Shown in pieces: positions 10,945 to 23,849 of a DNA stretch of 64,000 nt. Both the position numbers and the translations under genes were made by a program. The stretch is from NCBI GenBank assembly GCA_000165345.1, contig CM000434.1, forward strand, positions 320,001 to 384,000, in the 5' to 3' direction. A model generated the notes under the pieces. It had not been told where the DNA came from. It saw only the letters and a program-made list of their open reading frames with translations, and ran no database searches. Within the stretch, counting starts at the first letter, position 1. Each line of letters begins with the position of its first letter.

Positions 10945-12243
10945 ATGGGAGCCAAGAAGAAAATAGCATATTTCTATGACGAGGAAGTTGGAAATTTCCA
11001 CTATGGCTTGGGCCATCCAATGAAGCCGCATAGAGTTAGAATGACCCATGACCTTGTTTCTCAATACGGGTTATTAGAAAAAGTTGATGTTATGGTACCG
11101 ACCCCTGGGACAGTCGAGTCTTTGACAAGGTTTCATTCGAATGACTATGTAGACTTTTTACGTAGCGTTAATACTGATAATATGCATGACTATTCTGATC
11201 ACTTAGCTAGATTCAACGTAGGTGAAGACTGCCCTGTATTTGATGGCCTGTGGGAATTTTGTCAGTTGTCTGCCGGGGGATCACTTGGAGGGGCTCAATC
11301 TGTTAATGAGTTGGGATATCAGTATGCAATAAACTGGGCAGGAGGGCTCCACCATGGAAAAAAACACGAAGCTAGTGGTTTTTGTTATGTTAATGATTGC
11401 GTATTGGGCGCTTTAGAGTTTTTGAAATATCAACATAGAGTTTGTTATGTTGATATTGATATCCATCATGGAGATGGCGTTGAAGAAGCTTTTTATACTT
11501 CTCCCAGATGTATGTGCGTTTCATTTCACAAATATGGTGACTACTTTCCAGGAACTGGAGCACTAAATGATGTAGGAGTGGAGGAAGGTCTTGGATATTC
11601 CGTAAATGTTCCTTTGAAAGACGGGGTTGATGACGCAACTTTTATTGACTTGTTTACTAAAGTTATGACGCTGGTAATGGAAAATTATAGACCGGGGGCA
11701 ATTGTTTTACAGTGCGGAGCTGACTCACTATCAGGAGATAGACTAGGTTGTTTTAACCTATCACTTAAGGGACATGGGCATGCCGTTTCTTTTTTAAAGA
11801 AATTCAACGTTCCATTGCTTATTTTAGGAGGTGGTGGTTACACACTCAGAAATGTTCCAAAATGCTGGACGTATGAAACAAGTTTAATAGTTGACACATA
11901 TATTGATGAACAGCTTCCTAATTCGTCAAATTTCTATGGGTACTATGGACCTGATTTTTCCTTAGCAGTTAGAACTTCAAATATGGAAAATCTAAACTCA
12001 AGACAAGATTGTGAAGAAATTTATAGGAAAATAAGTGAAAACTTCAGGGATTATGTGTTTCCAATCGGATCTCAAATATCAGCATACGACATACCCGAGA
12101 AGCTCCCTCTCTTATATAATCCAAACAAGACTCCAGATGACTATAAAGATGGCAACAACATTAAACACGAACAGCATCAGGATTTCGATGATGAGATGAA
12201 AGAATGGCCTACGGTTGATTACAACAACAGGGCTATTGGATAG
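10945..12243 (+). CDS. Class I histone deacetylase (RPD3/HDAC1 family).
   Basis: Near-full-length match to class I HDACs, including the catalytic-site blocks HHGDGVEEAF and GGGGY. ATG verified. Confidence 0.9.
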   Translation: MGAKKKIAYFYDEEVGNFHYGLGHPMKPHRVRMTHDLVSQYGLLEKVDVMVPTPGTVESLTRFHSNDYVDFLRSVNTDNMHDYSDHLARFNVGEDCPVFDGLWEFCQLSAGGSLGGAQSVNELGYQYAINWAGGLHHGKKHEASGFCYVNDCVLGALEFLKYQHRVCYVDIDIHHGDGVEEAFYTSPRCMCVSFHKYGDYFPGTGALNDVGVEEGLGYSVNVPLKDGVDDATFIDLFTKVMTLVMENYRPGAIVLQCGADSLSGDRLGCFNLSLKGHGHAVSFLKKFNVPLLILGGGGYTLRNVPKCWTYETSLIVDTYIDEQLPNSSNFYGYYGPDFSLAVRTSNMENLNSRQDCEEIYRKISENFRDYVFPIGSQISAYDIPEKLPLLYNPNKTPDDYKDGNNIKHEQHQDFDDEMKEWPTVDYNNRAIG

Positions 12244-12451
12244 TATACCACTTATCTAGATTTTATCACGAATTAATTAAGCTTAGCGTGGCGAAAAGTT
12301 AGTAAGCCATGACCATAGATAGGTACTAGAACGCAAATAGATATCTAACACTTCATTTTAGCGATTAAGAGAAAGTTATTTTAGTAAACCTAACAGACCT
12401 AATGCCAACTTTATTCCTTTACTATAATAGATGTAACTCGTCCATATAGAT

Positions 12452-12951
12452 TTAAGATCTGGGTTTCTCCTTCTTTTCCTTGAATAATGCAAGTAGTGAT
12501 ACTCCTGAGACCTTCACAGCCTTGAAACGTACTCCTGGAATATCACCAACAGAGTGACCCTTACGACCGAAACCAGCGACAAGCACTTCATCATTCTCGT
12601 CAATGTAGTTCAAGCAACCATCACGTGGAACGAATGCTGTAATTTTCTTACCATTCTTGATAAGTTGTACACGAACACATTTACGAACAGCGGAGTTTGG
12701 TTGCTTTGCTTCTATACCAAAACGTTCAACAACGATTCCCTTAGCATGAGAAGCACCTCCAAATGGATTAGACTTGTATCTTGTACCTAAGTTTGCTCTC
12801 TTGTACTGCTTATCTGCCCATTTTTGAGTTCTACGACGTGTGCGAAGCTCACGTGCCGTATTAATACCCTTTGGTTTTCCTATTGAATGAAAGTTAAAGT
12901 ATTTCAGATACAAATCAATGGTAGTCTCAATATTCACTTACCTGAACCCAT
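12452..12951 (-). CDS. RPS23: 40S ribosomal protein S23 (uS12) in two exons: 12942..12951 and 12452..12879.
   Basis: Exon 2 encodes [17 protein letters not shown]...PNSAVRKC, the RPS23 signature. The tracker's 12937 start is GTG. The true start is ATGGGTTCAG at 12951..12942, followed by a GTAAGTG...AATAG intron (12880..12941, 62 nt), which gives MGSGKPKG. Confidence 0.85.
12880..12941 (-). other. Intron of RPS23 (GTAAGT...AG, 62 nt).
   Basis: Canonical donor and acceptor restore the conserved MG-S-GKPKG N-terminus in frame. Confidence 0.75.
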
Positions 12952-13292
12952 TTTTCAGTTATAATTACTCTCAAAAGACAAAAAAAAATCGATTAAACGA
13001 GTTAAATCAATGTCGACAAACTCTGATTAAATTAGCAATTACCAATAATTAGTCTACCGCTAGCTAGAGCTACGTTAAGCCAATTTAAACAAATATACAT
13101 TTATATATATATTTAATATTAATTTGTCTCTTAAAGAGACGACATAAATGGTATATTGACGCGGTTTATTGGTGGCGCCTATGTATTTGTATAATATTTT
13201 TTTGTACGAGGAAAAATGAGAAATTTATCCTGTATTTATGACTAGTCAGAAGTAACTTAACTAAATTTTGAAGCATATTAATTGCTTGGATT

Positions 13293-13891
13293 ATGTTTTT
13301 CTTAAATAGGGCACCCATACCATCCCCAAGTAGTGATGATAAAATTACTCAACTCCAAACTACTTTAAACAATATTTTGCATTGTTTGACTGTGAGTTTT
13401 AGATCTACTATTATGCTATATCTTATTAACTATGCTTTCTTTTCATGATTTACATTCAGGATGCTTTGTATTTACTGCCGGATCTTGCGCCTAAGGTAAC
13501 ATCTAGCTTGCAGTTAGAGGAAGGCGAGGATTTGAATGCTGTAAAACATGATATACTCTACAGAGCAAACTACATCTCAACGGGTTTTGAGTGCGCAAAT
13601 GACTTGATCTCCAAAATGCGCCAACTAAGACCACTAAATGGTGAAGATGCAGAGAGATACTTAAACAAAATCGAGGAGTTAAGGTCTAAAAACGATAATT
13701 GCGTTAAAGAATTAAAATGTGTGTCAGAAGAATGCACGATTGTATTAGATAAATTAAATGTGAGCATTAGTAAATACGTCGAAGATTCTATAAACAAAAA
13801 CATTATTTCAAATGATACAGAGAATAAAATGAATATGACTTTAGGAGAAATGTACGAGATAAATTATCATGCGCGCTCTAATGATAATTGA
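13293..13891 (+). CDS. Med21/Srb7-like Mediator subunit in two exons: 13293..13391 and 13460..13891.
   Basis: The upstream exon ends at TTGACT|GTGAGT and rejoins at TTCAG|GATGCT in frame (68-nt intron). The joined N-terminus DKITQLQTTLNNILHCLTDALYLL resembles Med21 [24 protein letters not shown]. Confidence 0.4.
13392..13459 (+). other. Predicted intron (GTGAGT...CAG, 68 nt) of the Med21-like gene.
   Basis: Canonical splice signals, and the frame is preserved across the junction. Confidence 0.45.
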
Positions 13892-13917
13892 ATTCTTGAG
13901 AACATTTAAGAGTATTT

Positions 13918-16900
13918 ATGGAGGAATTAAAGCATCTCAGAATACTCAATAAGGTTCAAGCAAGGATATTTGAAGAATGGAATACTAATGATAGAGATCT
14001 TGCTGAATATTTATGCTATATTGGCAAAGAAAGTAAATCACTCAAAGAGTTTAATGGGAAAGTAACAAGTATTAGTGGTGATAAAATATCTCACGAAGTT
14101 TTGGGCGATATTTATTCAATAATAAATGATACTGAATCTAAATTGAATAAAGTAAATAGTGATTCTTTAAAGCTTCAAAAATCGGACTCGAATAACGACA
14201 ATTTAAATTTTGCCATTCCAAATGAGAAAGCACCATTAAGCAAACATGCTCTGGAACTTATTAGGAAGGAGGATCCTCACTATGTAGATATTAACAGAAA
14301 AAACAAGGGCCAAAGCGAGACAATTTCCACAGGATTTGGAATGAAGGATACCAATTTAAAAAAAGGATTCGGTGCAATTTCAGGAATTAAACTGGTAGAT
14401 AGTTGCAATGTAAAATCCCAATACTCAGGTAATAAGCAAGAAAGGGTATCTAATGACTACGAAAAGTGGGAAATTATGCAGCTTCTTAATTCAGGAGTTA
14501 TTTCAAGGGATGAAATTCCTTATGACATTTGCGATACAACCGGAGATACTATCGATTTTCAAAATGTAGAAATATCCACTGAGATTGAGCTTAGAAATTA
14601 TGAGCCATTGTTTCTCAGAGGGCAATCAATTAAAAAGTTCAATTTTGACTCTTCAATACAAGTCGTAGTAAATCCAGAAGGGAGTTTGAATAAGGCAGCT
14701 GAGTTGGCATCTAACATTGCAAGAGAACGAAGAGAGATTCGAGATTTTCAGGAAAAGACCTTAATAGATAGTATTCCAAGAGATATGAACCGGCCTTGGG
14801 AAGACCCCAATCCAGAGGCTGGGGAGAGAACGATTGCAAGCGCGCTGCGAGGAATTGGGATGAATTCTCAAACCACACCGGAATGGAAACGCCAGTATTT
14901 AGGAAAGAGTCTGAGCTTTGGCAAAAAGAATGTTACTGCCTCTATATCAGAACAAAGAAAAAATTTACCCATTTATCCAATGAGAGACTCACTAGTCGAT
15001 GCAATAAGAAATAACCAGGTAATAGTTGTTATAGGAGAAACAGGTAGTGGTAAAACTACTCAGATTACCCAATATCTATATGAAGAAGGATTTTGCAAAG
15101 ATGGTGGAATAATTGGTTGCACTCAACCAAGAAGAGTTGCTGCAACTTCAATAGCTAGACGCGTTGCGCAGGAAATGGGATGTACATTGGGCTCTACTGT
15201 TGGATTTGCAATTCGATTTGAAGATATCACAACACCAGAGACAAAAATTAAATATATGACAGATGGAATGCTTCTTAGAGAAGCTTTATCGGATAACTGT
15301 TTATCACAATACAGCGTTATTATGCTTGATGAGGCTCATGAGAGAACAATCACAACAGACGTGTTGTTTGGACTGTTAAAGGTAAGTTAATAATTTATTT
15401 GCATTTAATAGTTACAAGATTCGCTGTTTCAATTTTACTGCTTTTTTTAATATTAAATACTAGCTTGATGATTGAGTTATCATTCAATTGTTGATGCATT
15501 GAAACACATACTGAATTTAGGTTTATCCAATCATTGACTGATGACTAATAGTTATTGAGAATATACTATTGGACAGATACCAATGATACAACGCTTGACT
15601 ATTAAATGCTGATATTTTCATGTATATTAACTATCTTTAGGAAACGTGCATTAAACGCCCCAAGTTCAGGTTAATTGTAACATCGGCTACTCTTGAAGCA
15701 GATAAATTTTCCGCGTATTTTATGAATTGTAATATTTTTACTATTCCTGGAAGAACTTTTCCAGTTGAAATATTGTACTCAAAAGAGCCTGTGGACGATT
15801 ATGTTGAGGCTACATTGGTTACTGTACTTCAGATTCATTTGCGCGAGCCTCCTGGAGATATTCTGGTGTTTCTAACTGGTCAAGAGGAGATCGATAATGC
15901 TTGCCAAACTCTACATGAAAGGATGAAAAGGCTGGAAAATATGAAGCCTCCGCCATTGATTATATTACCTGTTTACTCATCCCAGCCTAGCGAAATTCAA
16001 TCTCTAATTTTTGAAGATGCTCCTCCTGGATGTAGGAAATGCGTGATTGCAACAAACATTGCGGAGGCGTCCCTTACCATTGATGGGATTTTTTTTGTAG
16101 TTGACCCAGGGTTTTCAAAAATGATGGTTTTTAATTCAAAAACAGGAATGGACAGTCTCACAGTCACTCCAATTTCCCAAGCTAGCGCAAAACAGAGATC
16201 TGGTAGAGCTGGAAGAACTGGACCAGGAAAATGCTATCGGTTATACACTGAAGCTGCTTTCAATACAGAAATGCTTCCAACAACAGTTCCTGAGATACAA
16301 CGTACTAATCTTGCCAATACAGTATTACTTCTAAAGGCACTAGGGGTGAACGATTTACTTAATTTTGACTTTATGGATCCACCTCCCACTACGACACTTT
16401 TAATTGCTTTAGAAACTTTGTTTGAGCTTGGGGCACTTGATGAAGAAGGCTTTTTAACTAGATTAGGTAGAAAAATGGCAGAGCTACCTATGGAACCAAA
16501 GCTGAGTAAAATGGTTCTTTCTTCTGTTGATTTGGGTTGCTCCGACGAAATAATAACAATTACTTCTATGCTTTCTGTACAGAATGTTTTTTATAGGCCC
16601 AAGGATAAACAAGCTCAGGCAGACAGAAAGAAGTCAAAATTTTACCATCCGCAAGGGGATCATTTGACATATTTAAATGTGTATAACTCCTGGAAAAAGC
16701 AAAGATACTCAGTTCCTTGGTGTTATGAAAATTTTCTACAATCGCGAGCACTTAAAGGAGCGCAAGACGTTCGTAAGCAGTTAATTAATATATTTGACAA
16801 GTATAAGCTAGATATCATCTCAGCAGAAAATGATCACGACAAAATAAGGAAGGCAATTTGCGCTGGGTTTTTTAGTAACTCTTGTAAAAAAGATTCTCAA

Positions 16901-17194
16901 GAAGGTTACAGAAATTTGGTTGACAATCAACATGTTTACTTGCATCCATCTAGCACACTATTTAACAAATCTCCTGAATGGATACTCTACCACGAGCTTG
17001 TATTTACTTCAAAAGAATACATTAGAGACTGCTGCACTATTAAGCCTCATTGGCTTGTTGATTTTGCTCCTAATCTATTTCAATTTGCAGACCAGGATCA
17101 GCTGTCAAAAAGGAAAAAAAAGGAAAAGATTCAACCACTATATAACAAATATGAAGATCCAAACTCTTGGAGGTTATCAAAAAGAAGAAGATAA
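13918..17194 (+). CDS. DEAH-box pre-mRNA splicing ATP-dependent RNA helicase (Prp16/DHX38- or Prp2/DHX16-like). Exons 13918..15381 and 15641..17194.
   Basis: It carries [17 protein letters not shown], the LIVTSAT-type block and FMDPP, together with helicase-associated and OB-fold regions. The two ORFs are joined by a GTAAGT...TCTTTAG intron. The junction LLK|[17 protein letters not shown] matches the DHX spacing exactly. Confidence 0.85.
15382..15640 (+). other. Intron of the DEAH-box helicase gene (259 nt).
   Basis: Canonical donor and acceptor. Frame and conserved-motif spacing are restored across the junction. Confidence 0.75.
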
Positions 17195-17413
17195 AGCTCC
17201 TGCTAACAATTTTTAATCTAGTTCTTTGGTATATTCTCAAATATAATATACCGCCAATGTATTGTAGGGAATTAATAACTATTTTCTTATTAAAATGATT
17301 TAAGTCATAATATATTTGTATTTCGTTAAGGACAATTTTGATTTAATTCAGTACTATTTTGTATAAGAAGCACATTCTCGCATTAAATTGTTGTTTCTTC
17401 CATTGAGTACATT

Positions 17414-19351
17414 ATGGTACTCGGAAACTATTTAAGTTCTTATGTGAAGATTATGCGCATAGGCCAAGGTGCATTTGGAGACGTTTGGCTCGCTGAAGAC
17501 TTAAAGAAGAAAAGGCATGTTGCTTTAAAAAAGCTCATTTCAAAGGAGAGTAGAGACGGATTTTCAAAGACAGCAATTAGGGAGATAGTTTTACTAACGA
17601 ACTTGAAGCATGAAAACATTGTCGAGTTGTATGGAGTCGTTTTTTCGAGGCCTCATAACGATTTGAACGAACATAATATTCATGGAAATCCAATTAATGC
17701 TGTGTCTTCTCACTTACAGTCAAATGCACCAAACAGGGGATCTATTTGGATGGTTTTTGAGTACTTACCATATGATCTTTCTGGCTATATAGAAGGTCTT
17801 AAGTTAGAAGGTAGAGTAATTAAGGTAATAGATATTAAGGTAATCATTCGACAGCTTCTATCGAGTTTAGAGTATTGCCACCTTAATAATACAATTCACA
17901 GAGATATTAAATGTGCAAATTTATTAATTTCAGGAGATGGGGTTGTGAAACTAGCGGATTTTGGTCTTGCAAGGGTTTTCAATACTCGTAATAGGATGCT
18001 CACTAATAGAGTTGTCACACTTTGGTATAGACCACCCGAACTTTTATTGGGCGCACAATTTTACGATACTCCCGTTGATATGTGGTCAGTTGGATGTATA
18101 CTTGGCGAACTAGTTTTGCAGCAACCGCTATTTTGCAGTGAAACGGAAGCTGGAGTATTGAAATCAATTGGCGATACTCTTGGCTCTCCTCCCTCAGATA
18201 TGCTGTTTGAACTTAAGAAGCTTCCTTTATGGAATGATCACGATAATAACCCACTATTACAAATTTTGGGTTCAGGAACGGGATCTAAATTTAGACAATT
18301 TACTTCACGTATTGAAGAGAAGGTTGGCCAACAAGGATTAGATTTATTATTACAATTACTGCAATATTCACCGGAAAGCAGATTAACTGCGCGTCAGGCA
18401 TTAGAGCATCCATGGTTAAATTCTAATAACCCAGATGAAGTAATTCCCGATAAATTGGACATGTCCATCTTCACTCAAAAAAAACAATTTCATTCTTTAA
18501 ATGCAAGGAAATTGCGTGATAAACTTCAGGGTAGACTTAAAGCCCCTTCATCCTCAGAAGCAGGCGGTGCATTAAACGCAGTAATTGGGAAGGCATACAA
18601 TGTAGGAAACATAAAAAAGAATATTGAGGAGGACATCAAAGCAAAGAATGCTTCAAAAAATGAAGAAATAAAGGTACAGCAAAATAGTGATACAAATTCT
18701 ATCAATAACGTTGATTCATCTTCAGCCGTTGATGAAAGAAAATTTAAGAGATCTAGAAGCAGAGAATCAGACGACAATTTAAATGGGTCCAGGTGGAAGT
18801 TGAGAAATTCTAGTGAAAGAAAGCACTCTAAAGAGCATGACAAAAGGTGTGCATCGAATACTCACGACAGAAAGGAAAGAGAGCGCGAAAGGGAACGTGA
18901 AAAAGAGTGCGAAAGGGAACGTGAAAGGGAACGTGAAAGAGAGCGTGAAAGGGAGCGTGAAAGGGAGCGTGAAAGAGAGCGTGTAAGAGAGTTTGAAAGA
19001 GATGAATACGAAAGAAGGAGATATGAATACTCATGGGATGACAGCTACTCACGTAGTAGAGACAGAGAGCCAACGTACTATGACTATAGGTACTCGAGCA
19101 GCTCACGATATAATAGAGACTATCCAAACGGAAGCCGCTCTAGTCTCTCGCAGCACCTATCTCCGCACTCGCCACAAAACAACGCATATCTACCATCTAA
19201 TTATTCTGAGAACCAATATAGAAAAAGGAATTCACCTCCAAGGAGTTTACGCGAGCACTCAAGTAAATATAGCACATCAAGAGGCGCGAGTTCAAGTATG
19301 TACCTTGAAGGCAGAAGCAAGAATGAATATCGAGACCACAGGAGGTTATGA
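17414..19351 (+). CDS. CDK-family Ser/Thr protein kinase (CDK9/12 or CRK-like) with an RE/RS-rich C-terminal tail.
   Basis: It has the kinase subdomains GQGAFGDV, HRDIKCANLL, DFGLAR and WYRPPELLLG. The C-terminal tail is (RE)n repeats and RS/RD dipeptides. ATG verified. Confidence 0.85.
   Translation: MVLGNYLSSYVKIMRIGQGAFGDVWLAEDLKKKRHVALKKLISKESRDGFSKTAIREIVLLTNLKHENIVELYGVVFSRPHNDLNEHNIHGNPINAVSSHLQSNAPNRGSIWMVFEYLPYDLSGYIEGLKLEGRVIKVIDIKVIIRQLLSSLEYCHLNNTIHRDIKCANLLISGDGVVKLADFGLARVFNTRNRMLTNRVVTLWYRPPELLLGAQFYDTPVDMWSVGCILGELVLQQPLFCSETEAGVLKSIGDTLGSPPSDMLFELKKLPLWNDHDNNPLLQILGSGTGSKFRQFTSRIEEKVGQQGLDLLLQLLQYSPESRLTARQALEHPWLNSNNPDEVIPDKLDMSIFTQKKQFHSLNARKLRDKLQGRLKAPSSSEAGGALNAVIGKAYNVGNIKKNIEEDIKAKNASKNEEIKVQQNSDTNSINNVDSSSAVDERKFKRSRSRESDDNLNGSRWKLRNSSERKHSKEHDKRCASNTHDRKEREREREREKECERERERERERERERERERERERERVREFERDEYERRRYEYSWDDSYSRSRDREPTYYDYRYSSSSRYNRDYPNGSRSSLSQHLSPHSPQNNAYLPSNYSENQYRKRNSPPRSLREHSSKYSTSRGASSSMYLEGRSKNEYRDHRRL
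18877..18985 (+). repeat. Tandem 12-nt coding repeat (GAGCGTGAAAGG-like, about 9 copies) encoding RERE.
   Basis: Directly visible imperfect tandem repeats lie inside the kinase tail. Confidence 0.8.
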
Positions 19352-19945
19352 TAAGTCATGTTTATCCTTATCGATTCATTAGGGGCTAAACTATAGCCGA
19401 TAATTAATGCTAAAAATTAGTTTACTTTTGAGCATACTTCTCTTTATAATACAAGCCACACCTACAAAAACAACCCACAGTATTTAACTAGAAAGTAACT
19501 AGATTTTTTAACCACACCTCCAAGGCGCCATAGACATGTTGGGCAGCGCATCAAGTACCGTCTAAAATTTAAATAACCTATTGTATTAATAATATATGAA
19601 AATAAGTATATCCATTTAACGCGGGAGGATATATAGGGTAAGCTATATATCTAATGGGGAGCAGATTATATATTAGATATTGTTAATACGATATAAAGGT
19701 AATACTTGAAATACATGTTAATATATAAAATATTTATATTTATATTTATGAATGAATTAATTGAATACTTTCCATATACAATAATAAAAATATATTATTA
19801 GTATATTTAGTACGAGGATAATAAAGCGCTATATTTTGTATCCCGCTTCCGCTCTTATATATTTTTTATTATATTGTAGTTTTCCACGTAAGAAGTTTTT
19901 AAAGATAAATTCAGAATAAGGTCGATATAAAGCTTGTTTAGTAGA

Positions 19946-21946
<2,001 letters not shown>

Positions 21947-22452
21947 ACTAACTGACCAATTTTCAAGATTTTATGGAAACCTGTCTAGGCTTATATTATT
22001 TAATGTTACCTATAATTATATTAAAAGCTTAATGTTATAATTAATCTAACAATTGAACACAGAAATGCTCTTTTTTAGAGTTAAGATCTGCATTTAGCAT
22101 GAGAAGTAATTAATTTGTAATTGGAATTAATGTAAGGATTAATTTAATTTTTTGATAAAATGAGTAATACTCAAAATTTATGTACATGGAGAAATTACAT
22201 CGTTTATTCTCATTTTTAGTCCATTTGCCTTTTACATTATATCGTTCTTAACTCTTAGTCCCAGCGTTTAATTTTACCTTTAAATTTCAATATGTTTAGA
22301 TTCAGAATTTTTTTTTAGTTTGAAATTGCCTTGACCAAATTATTTCAAGTGATTAAAGATACATAATAGCAGATAAATAAGTTATATAGTGAGAACTAAA
22401 TGGTGGGAGGTAGGTCTAAATGGTGCATTTGGCAGTTTAATATGATTTAATG

Positions 22453-23347
22453 TTAATTTTTTCGACCTCTGAAAGCTTTTTGCTGTTTTTCTCTTCTTAT
22501 TTCCTCTAGCTCTTCAAGGATTTCTTCTATTTCTTCCGCCTCCTGAACTGCTTCCTCGATCCTCCCCTCTTGAATAGCTTGTTTAATTCCTTCTTCATCG
22601 AGGTTTTCGAGAACAGGATTGGTTGCGAGTTCATATTCATACTCGCTTTGAAGTTCTTCTTCAGTCATCTTTCTCCTTAAGTTGGACTTTTTTACTACGT
22701 TTTTAGAAACAGGTGTACCAACTTGTTTATTTGGTACTTGCTTTCTGATATTTTTACCTTGTTGTTTTTCATCCTTTGATTGATTAATAATCAGATTTGC
22801 ATAGGGATCTACATGATCAGGATTATCTATATTAGCATTAGAATCTATTAGTTGGGATACAAAGCAATTAATGAGAAATTACTAAAGAATAATTTAGAAG
22901 AACTCACCTGAACCTGTCTTAATTATATTTTTTTTGTTTGATTTTGAATTTGAAAAACTTATTGTTAGGAAAATACGATGTAAAATGATACCTGAAAGTA
23001 AGTTGTGTGAATATATTATTAAATTTATCTACAATTAATGATTGGTTCTGGTTAATTTTTTTTTAATAGAAAGATTATCACTAATTTATGAATTAACCAA
23101 AATAAATCATTAAATAGTAGCTTTAATTATAATACTTACCAAAAATAAATAGTGCAAATATAATAAAAATAATGAAATATTTTTTAGAATTCGAAGTTTG
23201 TGATTTTGAACTGGATTTTGCAGGGGGAGATGCTTTAATATTTATAGGACTAAATGTTGGTAAATCATCCGTTTTTTTATGGTCAATTCTTTCCTTAATG
23301 AACGAACCAGATTTCAATGGCCTTATTAATGAAGAAGATCTTTGCAT
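22453..23347 (-). CDS. Predicted three-exon gene (23347..23140, 22991..22908, 22844..22453) encoding a ~227-aa single-TM protein with an acidic coiled C-terminus.
   Basis: Two tracker ORFs (23123..23347 and 22453..22668) join through GTAAGTA...TTTCAG (22982..23139) and GTGAGTT...AATAG (22845..22907) introns. Phases match (G|GT, then G|AT) and there is no stop across either junction. Confidence 0.35.
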
Positions 23348-23849
23348 TATTCCAATATTATAAAAGAATTATAATGATACCTTCATATTGTTTTCTACTT
23401 TTTTCTTGCTGTTATGAATTTGTCTAATGCATGCAAAATGTCTATTTTAGCGCCTATCATAGTGCAATTGCTACGATAACATTAATTAATTGGTTATATA
23501 TAACTATTTAAAAATTACTTTGCCAGAAATTTTATTTAAAAAAAATATATAACATTTTCTCTTTAATTTTCTTTCTTTAACAATGTCTGTAAAACAGATT
23601 TTCTAGCGTTTCGCCACTTGTTGGTCAGATATGATTATGTTTAAATACTAAAAAAACGTATTCGAAATTCCGAGGTATATTCTAAGACCAATGAGTAGTA
23701 AATATAGTTTGTTATATATAGCTATCATAAAATAATAAGAATTTTATATTTTATTAATAATTTTGGTAATATTTATTAAACAAAGCGCCGAAATAAAAAA
23801 TTAAATTTGTTTTGATGCGATAATATTTTAATGCAATGAACTTTTACAC

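Noticed and set aside
12935-12937. GTG start reported for the RPS23 ORF.
   Set aside because: It gives a non-conserved N-terminus. A spliced ATG mini-exon restores the canonical MGSGKPKG.
18526-19382. Overlapping ORFs on both strands within the kinase RE-repeat tail.
   Set aside because: Repeat-driven open frames. The kinase frame is continuous with the catalytic domain.
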